DNA from: an uncultured Actinomycetes bacterium
GTDB lineage: Bacteria > Actinomycetota > Thermoleophilia > Gaiellales > Gaiellaceae
Length of the DNA: 64,000 nt
Reading direction: 5' to 3'
Assembly: GCA_963746765.1 (NCBI GenBank)
Contig: CAVVCN010000002.1
Location: 139,362 to 203,361 of the forward strand
The notes beneath the pieces are model-generated. The model had not been told where the DNA came from and did no database searches. It saw only the letters and a program-made list of their open reading frames with translations. Made by a program: the position numbers and the translations under genes. Of this stretch, positions 53,151 to 62,016 are shown in pieces. The stretch's first letter is position 1, and the number at the start of each line of letters is the position of its first letter.

Positions 53151-54520
53151 CAGTGGTCCTCCGGGTTCCCGAGCTGGGCGACGAGGTGCTCCGGCAGCCA
53201 CTCGCCCGACCGCGGATCGCTCGTCATTGCCCTGTACTCGTCGGGCAGGTCGTGGTCGATCGCGTCGGCGATCGCCTGGATCGTGGGGACGCTCGAGGGA
53301 TCGGTGTAGACGACGCCGTTCGGCGAGGTGTCGCCGACCCTGTTGGCGTTCTTGAGCCGGATCTCGAGCGGGTCGAGCCCGAGCTCGTTCGCGATGCGGC
53401 TCAGGTGCGTCTCCGTCGCGAACGAGACCGACGTGACGCCGAACCCGCGCATCGCCGTAGTCGGCACGCGGTTCGTGAAGACGACGTATCCGTCGAACTC
53501 GAGGTTGGGGATCGTGTACGCGCCCGTGTGGTGGAAGCTGTGCTTCGTCAGGCCGTAGGGCGAGAAGCGCGCGTACGCCCCGGCGTCATGGAGGGTGAGC
53601 ATCTTGCGGCCGAGGATCCAGCCGTCCTTCGTCACCGCGTCCGCGATCTCCATGTGCCACGGCGCCCGCGTCGAGGAGCAGAGGAACTCCTCCTCGCGCG
53701 TCCAGCGCCACTTGACGGGCCGGCCGGACTTGAGCGCGAGCAGCGAGCACATCGTCTCGGTCGCCGTGTCCACCTTGCCGCCGAAGCCGCCGCCCGTCGT
53801 CCCACCGACGAACTTCAGCTTGTTGAGCGGCACCTGGAGGTGCGCGGCGACGACGCCCATCGAGAAGTAGAGCGCCTGGGTGCAGGAGTAGATCGTGAGC
53901 CGGCCGTTCGGCTCGGGAACGACCTGGCACACCTGCGTCTCGAGCGGCGCGTGCTCGATCGCGGCCGGACGGTAGACGCCCTGCACGATCGCGTCCGCAT
54001 TCTCGAAGGCCCAGGCGATGTCGCCCTTCCGGATCTGACGCCGGTCCATCTCGTCCTCGAAGTGCGGGTACCAGTTGCCCCAGTGGTGGATCTTCGGGGC
54101 GTCCGCGTCGAACGCCTTGCGGACATCGGTGAACGCCTCCCGCTCGTCGAACTCGATGGCGATGCGCGAGACCGCTTCCGCCGCCGTCTGCTCGTCGTCC
54201 GCGGCGACGACCGCGATCGGCTGGCCCTTGTAGCGCACCTCGTCGACCGCGAGCAGCGGCTCGTCCGCCGGGATGCCGAGGGCCGAGAGGTGCCCGTACT
54301 CGTTTAGGGGGACGTCCGCGTGCGTGACGACCGCGTGCACGCCCGGGAGCTCTTCGGCCGGCTTCGTGTCGAGCTTCAGGATGCGCGCCGAGTGGTGCGG
54401 CGAGCGCAGCGCCTTCACCCACAGCGTCCCGGGGATGCGCACGTCGTCGACGTAGGTCGTCCGGCCGGTGACGTGGGCGACCCCGTCGTAGCGCGGGATG
54501 CGTGCGCCGACGACCTTCAT
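53150..54520 (-). CDS. xanthine dehydrogenase family molybdopterin-binding subunit, N-terminal half of a split large subunit
   Basis: ATG 54520 overlaps the FeS subunit stop (ATGA). VTGRTTYVDD (a/b hammerhead), GGGFGGK, RVPTTAMRGFGVTSVSFATE; 456 aa. Confidence 0.85.
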   Translation of the reverse strand: MKVVGARIPRYDGVAHVTGRTTYVDDVRIPGTLWVKALRSPHHSARILKLDTKPAEELPGVHAVVTHADVPLNEYGHLSALGIPADEPLLAVDEVRYKGQPIAVVAADDEQTAAEAVSRIAIEFDEREAFTDVRKAFDADAPKIHHWGNWYPHFEDEMDRRQIRKGDIAWAFENADAIVQGVYRPAAIEHAPLETQVCQVVPEPNGRLTIYSCTQALYFSMGVVAAHLQVPLNKLKFVGGTTGGGFGGKVDTATETMCSLLALKSGRPVKWRWTREEEFLCSSTRAPWHMEIADAVTKDGWILGRKMLTLHDAGAYARFSPYGLTKHSFHHTGAYTIPNLEFDGYVVFTNRVPTTAMRGFGVTSVSFATETHLSRIANELGLDPLEIRLKNANRVGDTSPNGVVYTDPSSVPTIQAIADAIDHDLPDEYRAMTSDPRSGEWLPEHLVAQLGNPEDH

Positions 54521-55029
54521 GCCGCACCTCCTGTCGTCATGGTCGTGTACTTCCCGACTGCGGTCTCCGTGAGGTCGAAGGAGTCGCCGCGCGCCGCGGC
54601 GGCCACCGCCTCGACGATCTTCGAGTAGCCGGTGCAGCGGCAGACGTGGCCGGCGAGTGCCTCCTGGATCGCCTCGGCGTCGTCGCTTCCGCCGCGGGTG
54701 ATGTAGCTGTGCCCCGCCAGCATCATCCCCGAGGTGCAGAAGCCGCACTGCGCGGCGTAGTAGTGGACGAACGCCTGCTGGACGGGGGAGAGGCTCTCCG
54801 GTGGGCCGAGCCCCTCGACGGTCGTGATCTCGCCCTCGGCGTACGCGAGCGGCAGCAGGCACGACCGGCGCGGCTCGCCGTCGACGAGCACGGTGCAGGC
54901 GCCGCAGCCGCCCTGGTGGCAGCCGGCCTTCGGCCCGGTGATCCCGAGCTCCTCGCGGAGGACGTCGAGCAGCGGCGTCGTCGGCGCGCTCTCGATCTCG
55001 TGCGTGACACCGTTGACCGTGAGGTTCAT
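54517..55029 (-). CDS. (2Fe-2S)-binding small subunit of the xanthine dehydrogenase family enzyme
   Basis: ATG 55029 overlaps the FAD subunit stop (ATGA). CHQGGCGACTV, CGFCTSGMM and CRCTGY cluster ligands. Confidence 0.9.
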   Translation of the reverse strand: MNLTVNGVTHEIESAPTTPLLDVLREELGITGPKAGCHQGGCGACTVLVDGEPRRSCLLPLAYAEGEITTVEGLGPPESLSPVQQAFVHYYAAQCGFCTSGMMLAGHSYITRGGSDDAEAIQEALAGHVCRCTGYSKIVEAVAAAARGDSFDLTETAVGKYTTMTTGGAA

Positions 55030-55814
55030 GCACCCTCCTCGAGGTCGGCGAGGACGCGTCGGACGAGCACCGGGAGCACCTTCGCGCGATACCACGCGGA
55101 GGCCAGTGCGTCGTCGTGGGGAGTGACGTCGTTCAGAGCGGAGTCCGCATCGCCCGCTTCGGCGGACGCGAGGCGAACCCCGTGCGGGCCGGTGCCGGTG
55201 GCGGCGAGGCGGATCGTTCCGTCCGCGGAGCGCGCCCCGGACACGGCGAGCGTCGTGTAGTCGTGGGTGTGCGGGCGGTCGAGACCGGCGAACGCTCCGG
55301 CCGCGGGCTCCTCGTACGAGACGTCGAGGACCAGCCGGCCCGCGCGATTCGGGAGGAAGTCCTCGAGCGGCTGTTCCGTGACGCCGCCGGCGCCCGCCGA
55401 GCGCACCGTCGCGCCCACCGCGATGAGCGCGCCCTGGAGGTCGCCGCGAGGCGCCTCGAAGCCGTCGGGTGCGCAGAGGTTCCCGCCGAGGGTCGCCGCG
55501 GCGCGGATCTCGAGGTCGGCGACGTTCGCCGCGCACGGGCCGATCGGAGCCGGAAGCTCCACGAGCTCGGCGACCGGTGTGGTGGCGCCGATCGTCACAC
55601 GCGAGCCGCTCCGCGAGATCCCCGTCAGGCCGGCGTCCTTCAGGAACAGGACGCGCCCGGGCCGCAGGCGTCGGTAGGACATCTCGGGCACGACGATCGT
55701 CCCGCCGCCGATGACGACGACGTCGGTGCCGTCGCCGAACGCCTCCAGGGCTTCCTCCTCGGAGGCAGGGCGGAGGGTCTCGGTTTCGGTCACGTCCAGG
55801 CTGGCTGTGGCCAT
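55026..55814 (-). CDS. FAD-binding (CoxM/XdhB-like) medium subunit of the xanthine dehydrogenase family enzyme
   Basis: RBS GAGGAGAGGGAG. VVIGGGTIVV, AATLGGNL; 262 aa. Confidence 0.85.
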   Translation of the reverse strand: MATASLDVTETETLRPASEEEALEAFGDGTDVVVIGGGTIVVPEMSYRRLRPGRVLFLKDAGLTGISRSGSRVTIGATTPVAELVELPAPIGPCAANVADLEIRAAATLGGNLCAPDGFEAPRGDLQGALIAVGATVRSAGAGGVTEQPLEDFLPNRAGRLVLDVSYEEPAAGAFAGLDRPHTHDYTTLAVSGARSADGTIRLAATGTGPHGVRLASAEAGDADSALNDVTPHDDALASAWYRAKVLPVLVRRVLADLEEGA

Positions 55815-56060
55815 AGGGCTCCCTCTCCTCGAGCGTTCTCGCTGGCAGTGGATCTTTGGGCGAGTCTAATCGTGTCCGCACGGCCCGCGGAAACGATCGA
55901 TTCTCGATCAGCACGCAACGCAGGCCCGTGAGTGCGACCGAGTTATCCACAGCTCCGCCCCGCACGGGTGCAGGCCGGCGAACACGGCTCTGCACGGACG
56001 TCTGGCGCCGGTCGACGTCGGATCGTCCACAGGCGGACCCCCGGCGTCGCTAGGGCCCCG

Positions 56061-56957
56061 GTGTACGCTGCGACGGTGACTTTTCGGACGATCGACGAGC
56101 TCGAGGCGGGCCTCCGCGGGGCGGACTACCTGCCCGATCGCGGGCTCGCGACCGCGCTCTTCCTCTCGCAGGCGCTCGAGAAGCCGCTGCTCCTCGAAGG
56201 CGAGGCAGGCGTCGGGAAGACGGAGGCCGCGAAGGCGCTCGCGCAGGCACTCGGCGCGCGGCTGATCAGGCTCCAGTGCTACGAGGGGCTCGACGTCACG
56301 CACGCGGTCTACGAGTGGAACTACCCGCGCCAGCTCCTTCACATCCGCGCGGCGCAGGAGGGAACCGTGTCCGAGGACGAGCTCTTCGGCCCCGAGTTCC
56401 TCATCCGCCGGCCGCTCCTCGAGGCGATCGATACCGACGAGCAGGCGGTGCTCCTGATCGACGAGGTCGATCGCGCGGACGAGGAGTTCGAGGCGTTCCT
56501 GCTCGAGGTGCTCTCGGACTTCCAGATCACGATCCCGGAGCTCGGCACGATCTCGGCCAGGCGGCGACCGGCCGTCATCCTCACGTCGAACCGGACGCGC
56601 GAGCTCCACGACGCGCTCAAGCGGCGTGCGCTCTTCCACTGGATCGGGCACCCGTCGCTCGACCGCGAGGTCGAGATCGTTCGGCTCCGCGTGCCGGGGA
56701 TCCCCGAGCGGCTCGCCGCAGAGGCGGCGGCGTTCGTCCGCGGGCTCCGCGGGCTCGACCTCGCCAAGCCGCCGGGCGTCGCCGAGACCATCGACTGGGC
56801 GCAGGCGCTCGCCGCGCTCGGGCGCGAGGAGATCGACGCCGAGGTCGTCGAGCAGACGCTCGGCTCCGTGCTCAAGTACCGCGAGGACATCGAGGCGGTG
56901 CGCGACGAGACGCTCGTCGGCCTCATCGAAGAGGCCCGCACGACAGCCGGCCGGTAG
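56061..56957 (+). CDS. MoxR-family AAA+ ATPase, CoxD-like
   Basis: Walker A GEAGVGKTEAA, Walker B LLIDEVDRA, sensor region ILTSNRT. The start is GTG 56061 or GTG 56076. Confidence 0.85.
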   Translation: MYAATVTFRTIDELEAGLRGADYLPDRGLATALFLSQALEKPLLLEGEAGVGKTEAAKALAQALGARLIRLQCYEGLDVTHAVYEWNYPRQLLHIRAAQEGTVSEDELFGPEFLIRRPLLEAIDTDEQAVLLIDEVDRADEEFEAFLLEVLSDFQITIPELGTISARRRPAVILTSNRTRELHDALKRRALFHWIGHPSLDREVEIVRLRVPGIPERLAAEAAAFVRGLRGLDLAKPPGVAETIDWAQALAALGREEIDAEVVEQTLGSVLKYREDIEAVRDETLVGLIEEARTTAGR

Positions 56958-56960
56958 GCC

Positions 56961-58094
56961 GTGCCCGGCTCGGCGATCGTCCGCCACGTCGTCACGTTCG
57001 GCCGCGTCCTGCGGGAGGTCGGGATCGAGGTCGGCCCCGGTCGCGTCGCCGATGCCGTGCGCGGGCTCGGCACGGTCGATCTCACGCGCCAGGAGGACGT
57101 CTACTTCACGCTGCGGCAGACGCTCGTCTCGCGGCACGACGAGCTCGAGCTGTTCGACCGCGCGTTCGTCGCGTGGTTCCTGCGGGGCCCCATCGCACCG
57201 CTCGTGCGCGAGCGACAGCGCCGCCAGCACGTGGAGAAGGTCACCGGCGGCTCGCTCGCCCCCACGGACGACCGCGACGATCCCGGAGCGGACGGCTCGC
57301 CGCTCGAGCTCGGCGCGTCGGCGCACGAGCTTCTGCGCGAGAAGGACTTCGCCGAGATGACGGCCGAGGAGTTCGAGCGAGCGCGGCGGCTGCTGGCGAA
57401 GCTCGCACGCACGCGGCCACACCGCACGTCACGCCGCCGGACGGCGGACCCGCGGGGCGACAGCCTCGACATGCGCCGGCTCATCCGGCGCTCGCTCCGC
57501 TGTGGCGGCGACCCGGTCGAGCAGACGTGGAAGGCGCGCAAGACCGTTCCCCGCAAGCTCGTCGTGCTCTGCGACGTGTCGGGCTCGATGGACGCCTACG
57601 CGCGCGCGCTCCTCCTTTTCCTACATGCGCTCGTCGGGACCGGGCACGGGGTGGAGGCGTTCGGCTTCGGCACCCGCCTGACCCGCGTCACACCGGATCT
57701 CGCGACCCGAGATCCGGAGGCGGCCCTCGCGAAAGCGACCTCGCTCGCCGTCGACTGGGGGAGCGGGACACGCATCGGCGCTTCGCTCAAGGAGTTCAAC
57801 GACGTGTACGGGCGGCGGGCGCTGTCCCGGGGCGCCGTCGTCGTCGTCGTCTCGGACGGGTGGGAGCGCGAGGACTCCGAGCTCGTCGGCCGCGAGATGG
57901 CGCGGCTCTCGAGAGCGTCGTACGCGGTCGTGTGGGTGAATCCGCTGAAGGGGGATCCGGAGTACCAGCCGCTCGCTGGCGGCATGCGGGCGGCGCTTCC
58001 CTTCGTCGACCGCTTCCTGCCGGGACACAACATCGCGAGCCTCGAAGAGCTCGCCGGCGTGCTCGAGGGCATCGACCGGCGACACGCCGCCTGA
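56961..58094 (+). CDS. VWA domain protein, CoxE-like
   Basis: GTG start 4 nt after the MoxR stop. MIDAS LCDVSGSM...GTR...SDG. The N-terminal region is typical of CoxE-type proteins. Confidence 0.85.
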   Translation: MPGSAIVRHVVTFGRVLREVGIEVGPGRVADAVRGLGTVDLTRQEDVYFTLRQTLVSRHDELELFDRAFVAWFLRGPIAPLVRERQRRQHVEKVTGGSLAPTDDRDDPGADGSPLELGASAHELLREKDFAEMTAEEFERARRLLAKLARTRPHRTSRRRTADPRGDSLDMRRLIRRSLRCGGDPVEQTWKARKTVPRKLVVLCDVSGSMDAYARALLLFLHALVGTGHGVEAFGFGTRLTRVTPDLATRDPEAALAKATSLAVDWGSGTRIGASLKEFNDVYGRRALSRGAVVVVVSDGWEREDSELVGREMARLSRASYAVVWVNPLKGDPEYQPLAGGMRAALPFVDRFLPGHNIASLEELAGVLEGIDRRHAA

Positions 58095-58112
58095 TCTCGC
58101 GATCCCGGTGCG

Positions 58113-60962
58113 CTACGCCGGGCCCGGCGCGTCGCCGGCAGCTTCATCGGCGGCGATGCTGTACGCGCTCAGCCGGCTCGAGAGGTCCTTGATGAAGTCC
58201 ACGTCCGGGTTCTCCATTCCCGGCTCGGGGGCGGACCGCTGCACGCCTGCCTGGGCGACCGCCGGCTCCGCGTGCTCCTTCTCCTTGCGGCGGCGGCGCC
58301 CGCGGCGCTTCGCCTCGCCGTTGGCGGGTGCGGGCGGCGCCGGAGCGGGCTTGCGCTTGCGCGCGACCTCGGGCTCCTTCGGCGGCTCCGGGTCAGGCTG
58401 CGGCGGAGCGGGCGGCTGCGGCGGAGGAGGCGTCGGCGCCGGTGGCGGCGGAGCGGGCGCGGGAGTCGGATCCGGGGCGGGAGGCGGTGCCGGCTCGGGC
58501 TCCGGGACGCGAGCGCGCGTCGGCACGGTCGGCTTCTTCGCAACCGGCTTCGGTGGAGCCTTCGACGCTGGCTTCGGCTTCGTGGGCGGTGGCTTCTGGG
58601 CGACCGGCGCAGGTGGTGGGGCCGCCGCGGGCCGGGGAGCAGGCTTGGCCGGCGCGGGCGGCGCAGCCTTCGGCACGGGCGGCGCCTTGGCGACGACCGG
58701 CTCGGGCACCGGCGGGGGTGGTGGCGGAGGCTTCGCGGCGGGCGCGGGCGGCGCAGTCGCCGTCACCGGCGGCTGCGGATCGCGGATCGGCCGCGTGCGC
58801 GGCTTCGGCTTCGGCTCGGCAGCGGCGGCAGGCATGGGCGCCGGCGCCGGGGTGCTCTCCGCCTTGACCTCGGCCTCGAGGTCGGCCTCGGCCGCAGGCG
58901 CACGACGCGACTCCGGCTCGGGTCCGGAGTCCGGCTCGGGCTTTGCTCCTCGCGCCTCCTGCAGGATCGGGACCGTGCGCGGCTCGGGCCGCGGCTCCGG
59001 CTTCGGCTCGGGCTCGATCGGGACCTCGGGGAGCGGCTGCGCGTTCAGGAACGAGACGACGTGCTCCGGCAGCGGCTCCGGGACGAGCTCCGGAACGACG
59101 ATGTAGTCCGGCAGCTCCTCGTCGTCGGGCTCGACGTCGAGGGCCGACCCCGCGTCCAGGTCGAGCGAGGCGGCGTAGGTCTCGGACGGATGCACGACGA
59201 AGTCGGGCAGTGGCTCTTCGTCCTCGACCGCGACGGCGGTCGGGCGGGGCGGCTCGGGCGGCGCCTCGAACGTCGTCACCGGCGCCGGGGTGCCGGGGAG
59301 CCGCGGCGCCTTCGACCAGGCGCCCTCGGTGGCGACGGCCGTGCGCTCGCGCAGCTCGTGGCGGAGGATCGTGCCGTTCGCCGCGGTCGGGAGCTCGTCC
59401 ACGAACTCGACCTCGCGCGGGACCATGTCCTCGGGCAGCGTGTGCCGCAGGTGCTGGCGGATCTCGGCGACGAGCCGATCGGAGGCCTCCGCCCCGGGCG
59501 CGAGCACGACGAACGCGCGGACGTACTGGCCGCCGCGCTGGAGGTCGCGCATGCCGACGACGCCGGCGTTCGCAACGGCCCGGTGCTCGACGAGTGCCTG
59601 CTCCACTTCGAAGGGCCCGAACCGGCGCCCGCCGCTCGTGATGACGTCCGCCGCGCGGCCGAGGAGGCGGACGGAGCCGTCCTCCTCGCGGCACGCGAGG
59701 TCGCCGGTCAGATAGAGGTCGCCGCGGAACACGGCCTTCGTCTCCTCGGGTGCGTCCCAGTACCCGGCGAAGAGCGTCGGCGGACGCCCGCGCAGCGCGA
59801 GCTGGCCCTCGCCTCCGGGCCCGATCTCGGCGCCACTCTCGTCGACGATCGCGATGTCATGTCCGGGAAGCGGTTGCCCGATCGAGCCGCTTTCCAACCC
59901 GTCGTCGGCGCCGTGCCCGATCACGAGCCCGGTCTCCGTCTGGCCCCAGCCGTCCTCGATGGGCATGCCCCACGCCTGCTCGAAGGTCGAGACGACGTCG
60001 GAGCTCAGGAAGTCGCCGGTCGACACCATGCGGCGCAGGCGGTCCGGCAGGTAGCGGCCGAGTGTCCGCTCGCCGGCATCGGTGAGCGCGCGGTACTCGG
60101 AGGGGCTCTGGCAGAGGATCGTGACCTCGAAGCGCCGGATGAGATCCAGCCGCTCCTCGGGGTCGAAGGCGCCCTCGTGGAGCACGACCTCGGCGCCCCG
60201 CGCCCAGGGGCCGAGGAGAAGGAGCCACACGGCGAGCGGCGATGCCGTGTCCGCCGTGCACCAGACGACGTCGCCGCGCCGCGCGTCGAGCCAGTGCTCG
60301 GCCTGCGCGCGGGCCGCGAACGCCGCGGCGTGCGTGTGCTCGACGCCATAGGGCGCGCCGCCGCCCGACGTCGTGAGCAGGAAGGCAAGGTCGCGCGAGG
60401 CGGTGTCGTGCGTCGGCTCCTCACCGGACATGCGCTGCAGGCGGTCGTGCACCTCGGCGGCGTCGAGGACGGCCGCACCGGCGACGGTCTCGAGCGAGGC
60501 GACAGCCGGGACGTGGTCGGCGACCACGAGCTTCGCGCCGGCGCCCGCGACGCGGATCTCGAGGGCGGCGCGCGAGATGGTGGGCGAGCACGGCACGGTC
60601 ACCGCGCCGACCTTCATCCCGGCGAGCATCACCTCGATCCAGCTCGGCGACTTGCCGATGACGACCACGACCCGGTCGCCGGGGCGCACGCCCTGCTCGC
60701 GGAGCCGGGCGGCCCAGGCGCCGGCACCCTCGGCGAGTCGGGTGAACGTCCACGGCTCGATCACGCCGTCCGCACCGAGGAACATCAGCGCACGGCGGCG
60801 CGTGTCGTCCGCGAGAGCCTCGACGACGTCTCGCGTGAAGTTGAAGCGGTCCGGAACACGCCAGCGACCGTCCACCCATGCGGGCTGGAGTGCAGCCTCC
60901 AGCGGCCCCAGGGGCGCCTGGGTAGCGGCTCGGCTGCGCCGGCCGAAGGACACAAGCTTCAC
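58113..60962 (-). CDS. divergent adenylate-forming (ANL/AMP-binding) enzyme with a roughly 430-aa proline-rich C-terminal extension
   Basis: GTG start. The first roughly 520 aa form a full two-domain ANL fold paralogous to 38478..40142. The remainder is Pro/Ala/Glu/Lys low complexity (PAPAPPPPAPTPPPPQPPAPP), a basic patch KRRGRRRRKEKEH and a short non-repetitive tail. GC3 supports this frame; the antisense Gly-rich ORFs are shadows. Confidence 0.8.
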   Translation of the reverse strand: MKLVSFGRRSRAATQAPLGPLEAALQPAWVDGRWRVPDRFNFTRDVVEALADDTRRRALMFLGADGVIEPWTFTRLAEGAGAWAARLREQGVRPGDRVVVVIGKSPSWIEVMLAGMKVGAVTVPCSPTISRAALEIRVAGAGAKLVVADHVPAVASLETVAGAAVLDAAEVHDRLQRMSGEEPTHDTASRDLAFLLTTSGGGAPYGVEHTHAAAFAARAQAEHWLDARRGDVVWCTADTASPLAVWLLLLGPWARGAEVVLHEGAFDPEERLDLIRRFEVTILCQSPSEYRALTDAGERTLGRYLPDRLRRMVSTGDFLSSDVVSTFEQAWGMPIEDGWGQTETGLVIGHGADDGLESGSIGQPLPGHDIAIVDESGAEIGPGGEGQLALRGRPPTLFAGYWDAPEETKAVFRGDLYLTGDLACREEDGSVRLLGRAADVITSGGRRFGPFEVEQALVEHRAVANAGVVGMRDLQRGGQYVRAFVVLAPGAEASDRLVAEIRQHLRHTLPEDMVPREVEFVDELPTAANGTILRHELRERTAVATEGAWSKAPRLPGTPAPVTTFEAPPEPPRPTAVAVEDEEPLPDFVVHPSETYAASLDLDAGSALDVEPDDEELPDYIVVPELVPEPLPEHVVSFLNAQPLPEVPIEPEPKPEPRPEPRTVPILQEARGAKPEPDSGPEPESRRAPAAEADLEAEVKAESTPAPAPMPAAAAEPKPKPRTRPIRDPQPPVTATAPPAPAAKPPPPPPPVPEPVVAKAPPVPKAAPPAPAKPAPRPAAAPPPAPVAQKPPPTKPKPASKAPPKPVAKKPTVPTRARVPEPEPAPPPAPDPTPAPAPPPPAPTPPPPQPPAPPQPDPEPPKEPEVARKRKPAPAPPAPANGEAKRRGRRRRKEKEHAEPAVAQAGVQRSAPEPGMENPDVDFIKDLSSRLSAYSIAADEAAGDAPGPA

Positions 60963-61046
60963 GGCTCGACTCTTATCGACCGAATCGCCGCCGAAACTGA
61001 GGTTTTCGACCCCAATTCGGGCGAGTCCCCGCCCGGCCTCCCGCAG

Positions 61047-62009
61047 CTAGACGAGCCCCATCTCGACCGCGAACGGCGTGCCTACGGGAAGCTGCTCGGG
61101 AAGCCGAAAGCCACCGGCCTCCTCGAGGGCTGCGATACGTGCCTTGATCGGGGGGTGTGTGTTGAACCAGCTCGAGAACTCCTGGATCCCGCCGCGGGTC
61201 GAGTCGATGCGGTCGGTCGGGCTCTCGACCCAGAGGTGCGCGGTCGAGGCGTCGGCCTGGCGGACCGTCGTCGGATCGAGCTCGAGCCGGCGGAGCGCGA
61301 GCGCCATGCCCTCCGCATCGCTCGTGATCTCGGCCGCGCCCGCGTCGGCGAGGAACTCCCGCCTGCGCGAGAGGCTCAGGCGGAGGAGCAGCGCTGCGTA
61401 CGGCGCGAGCACGAGCCCGACGATCGCGAGGATGCGTCCGAACATGCCGCCCCGGCCGTCGCCGCGGCCACCGCCGTAGGCGAGCGTGCGGAAGCCGAGG
61501 TCTGCGATCAGCGCGATGACGCCCGCGAAGATCGTCGCCATGGTCATGAGATACGTGTCGCGATGGCGGATGTGCGCGACCTCGTGCGCGATGACGGCCT
61601 CGAGCTCGCGCTGCGGCATCGTCCGCAGCAGCCCGGTGGTGACGCCCACGTAGCTCGACGTAGGCCGCAGGCCCGCTGCGAACGCGTTCGGCGCCGGATC
61701 GTCGACGACGCGGACCTCGGGTGTCACCGGCAGGCCCGCGCCGATGGACGCGTTCTCGACCAGACGGCGGAGCGGGCGAAGCTCGTTCGGAGAGAGCTCC
61801 TGCGCGTGGGTCAACCGCGAGATGAGGGACTTCGACTGCCAGAGCGCGAACGCGCCGTACGCGACGGCGAACACGAGCGCGAAGATCGCGAGCGAGATGT
61901 CGAAGAAGAGGCCGATGAGCGCGCCGATCGCGGCGAGGAGCGCGACGAAGCCGGCGATGACGATGAGGCTCCGGAACCGGTTCGAGCGGATCTGCTGCTG
62001 AAGCGTCAC
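61047..62009 (-). CDS. htpX: M48 family zinc metalloprotease HtpX
   Basis: HEVAH zinc motif, four hydrophobic segments, NTHPPIKARI C-terminal motif. Confidence 0.9.
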   Translation of the reverse strand: MTLQQQIRSNRFRSLIVIAGFVALLAAIGALIGLFFDISLAIFALVFAVAYGAFALWQSKSLISRLTHAQELSPNELRPLRRLVENASIGAGLPVTPEVRVVDDPAPNAFAAGLRPTSSYVGVTTGLLRTMPQRELEAVIAHEVAHIRHRDTYLMTMATIFAGVIALIADLGFRTLAYGGGRGDGRGGMFGRILAIVGLVLAPYAALLLRLSLSRRREFLADAGAAEITSDAEGMALALRRLELDPTTVRQADASTAHLWVESPTDRIDSTRGGIQEFSSWFNTHPPIKARIAALEEAGGFRLPEQLPVGTPFAVEMGLV

Positions 62010-62016
62010 GCGCGCC

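Noticed and set aside
53140-53165. The split of the molybdopterin large subunit as a possible frameshift pseudogene.
   Set aside because: The junction is TGATG, with a GGAGGA Shine-Dalgarno 6 nt before the second ATG. Both halves end and begin at the natural inter-domain boundary, so this is consistent with a genuine two-gene arrangement.
52053-55814. Aerobic CO dehydrogenase (CoxMSL), suggested by the nearby CoxD/CoxE-like genes.
   Set aside because: The large-subunit active-site loop reads AMRGFGVTS. It is neither the form I (VAYRCSFR) nor the form II (AYRGAGR) CoxL signature, and the large subunit is split. I kept it as a generic molybdenum hydroxylase.
55815-56060. The 246-nt divergent region between the molybdenum hydroxylase operon and the MoxR gene, as a possible ncRNA or riboswitch.
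   Set aside because: It is the longest non-coding stretch in the window. However, I found no convincing extended stem-loops, conserved riboswitch cores or repeats. Most likely it holds two divergent promoters.
58108-59106. Gly-rich 332-aa plus-strand ORF resembling PE-PGRS/glycine-rich repeat proteins.
   Set aside because: It is the antisense reading of the Pro-rich tail (GGN vs NCC codons). The minus-strand frame is continuous with the ANL domain and has the expected G/C third-position bias.
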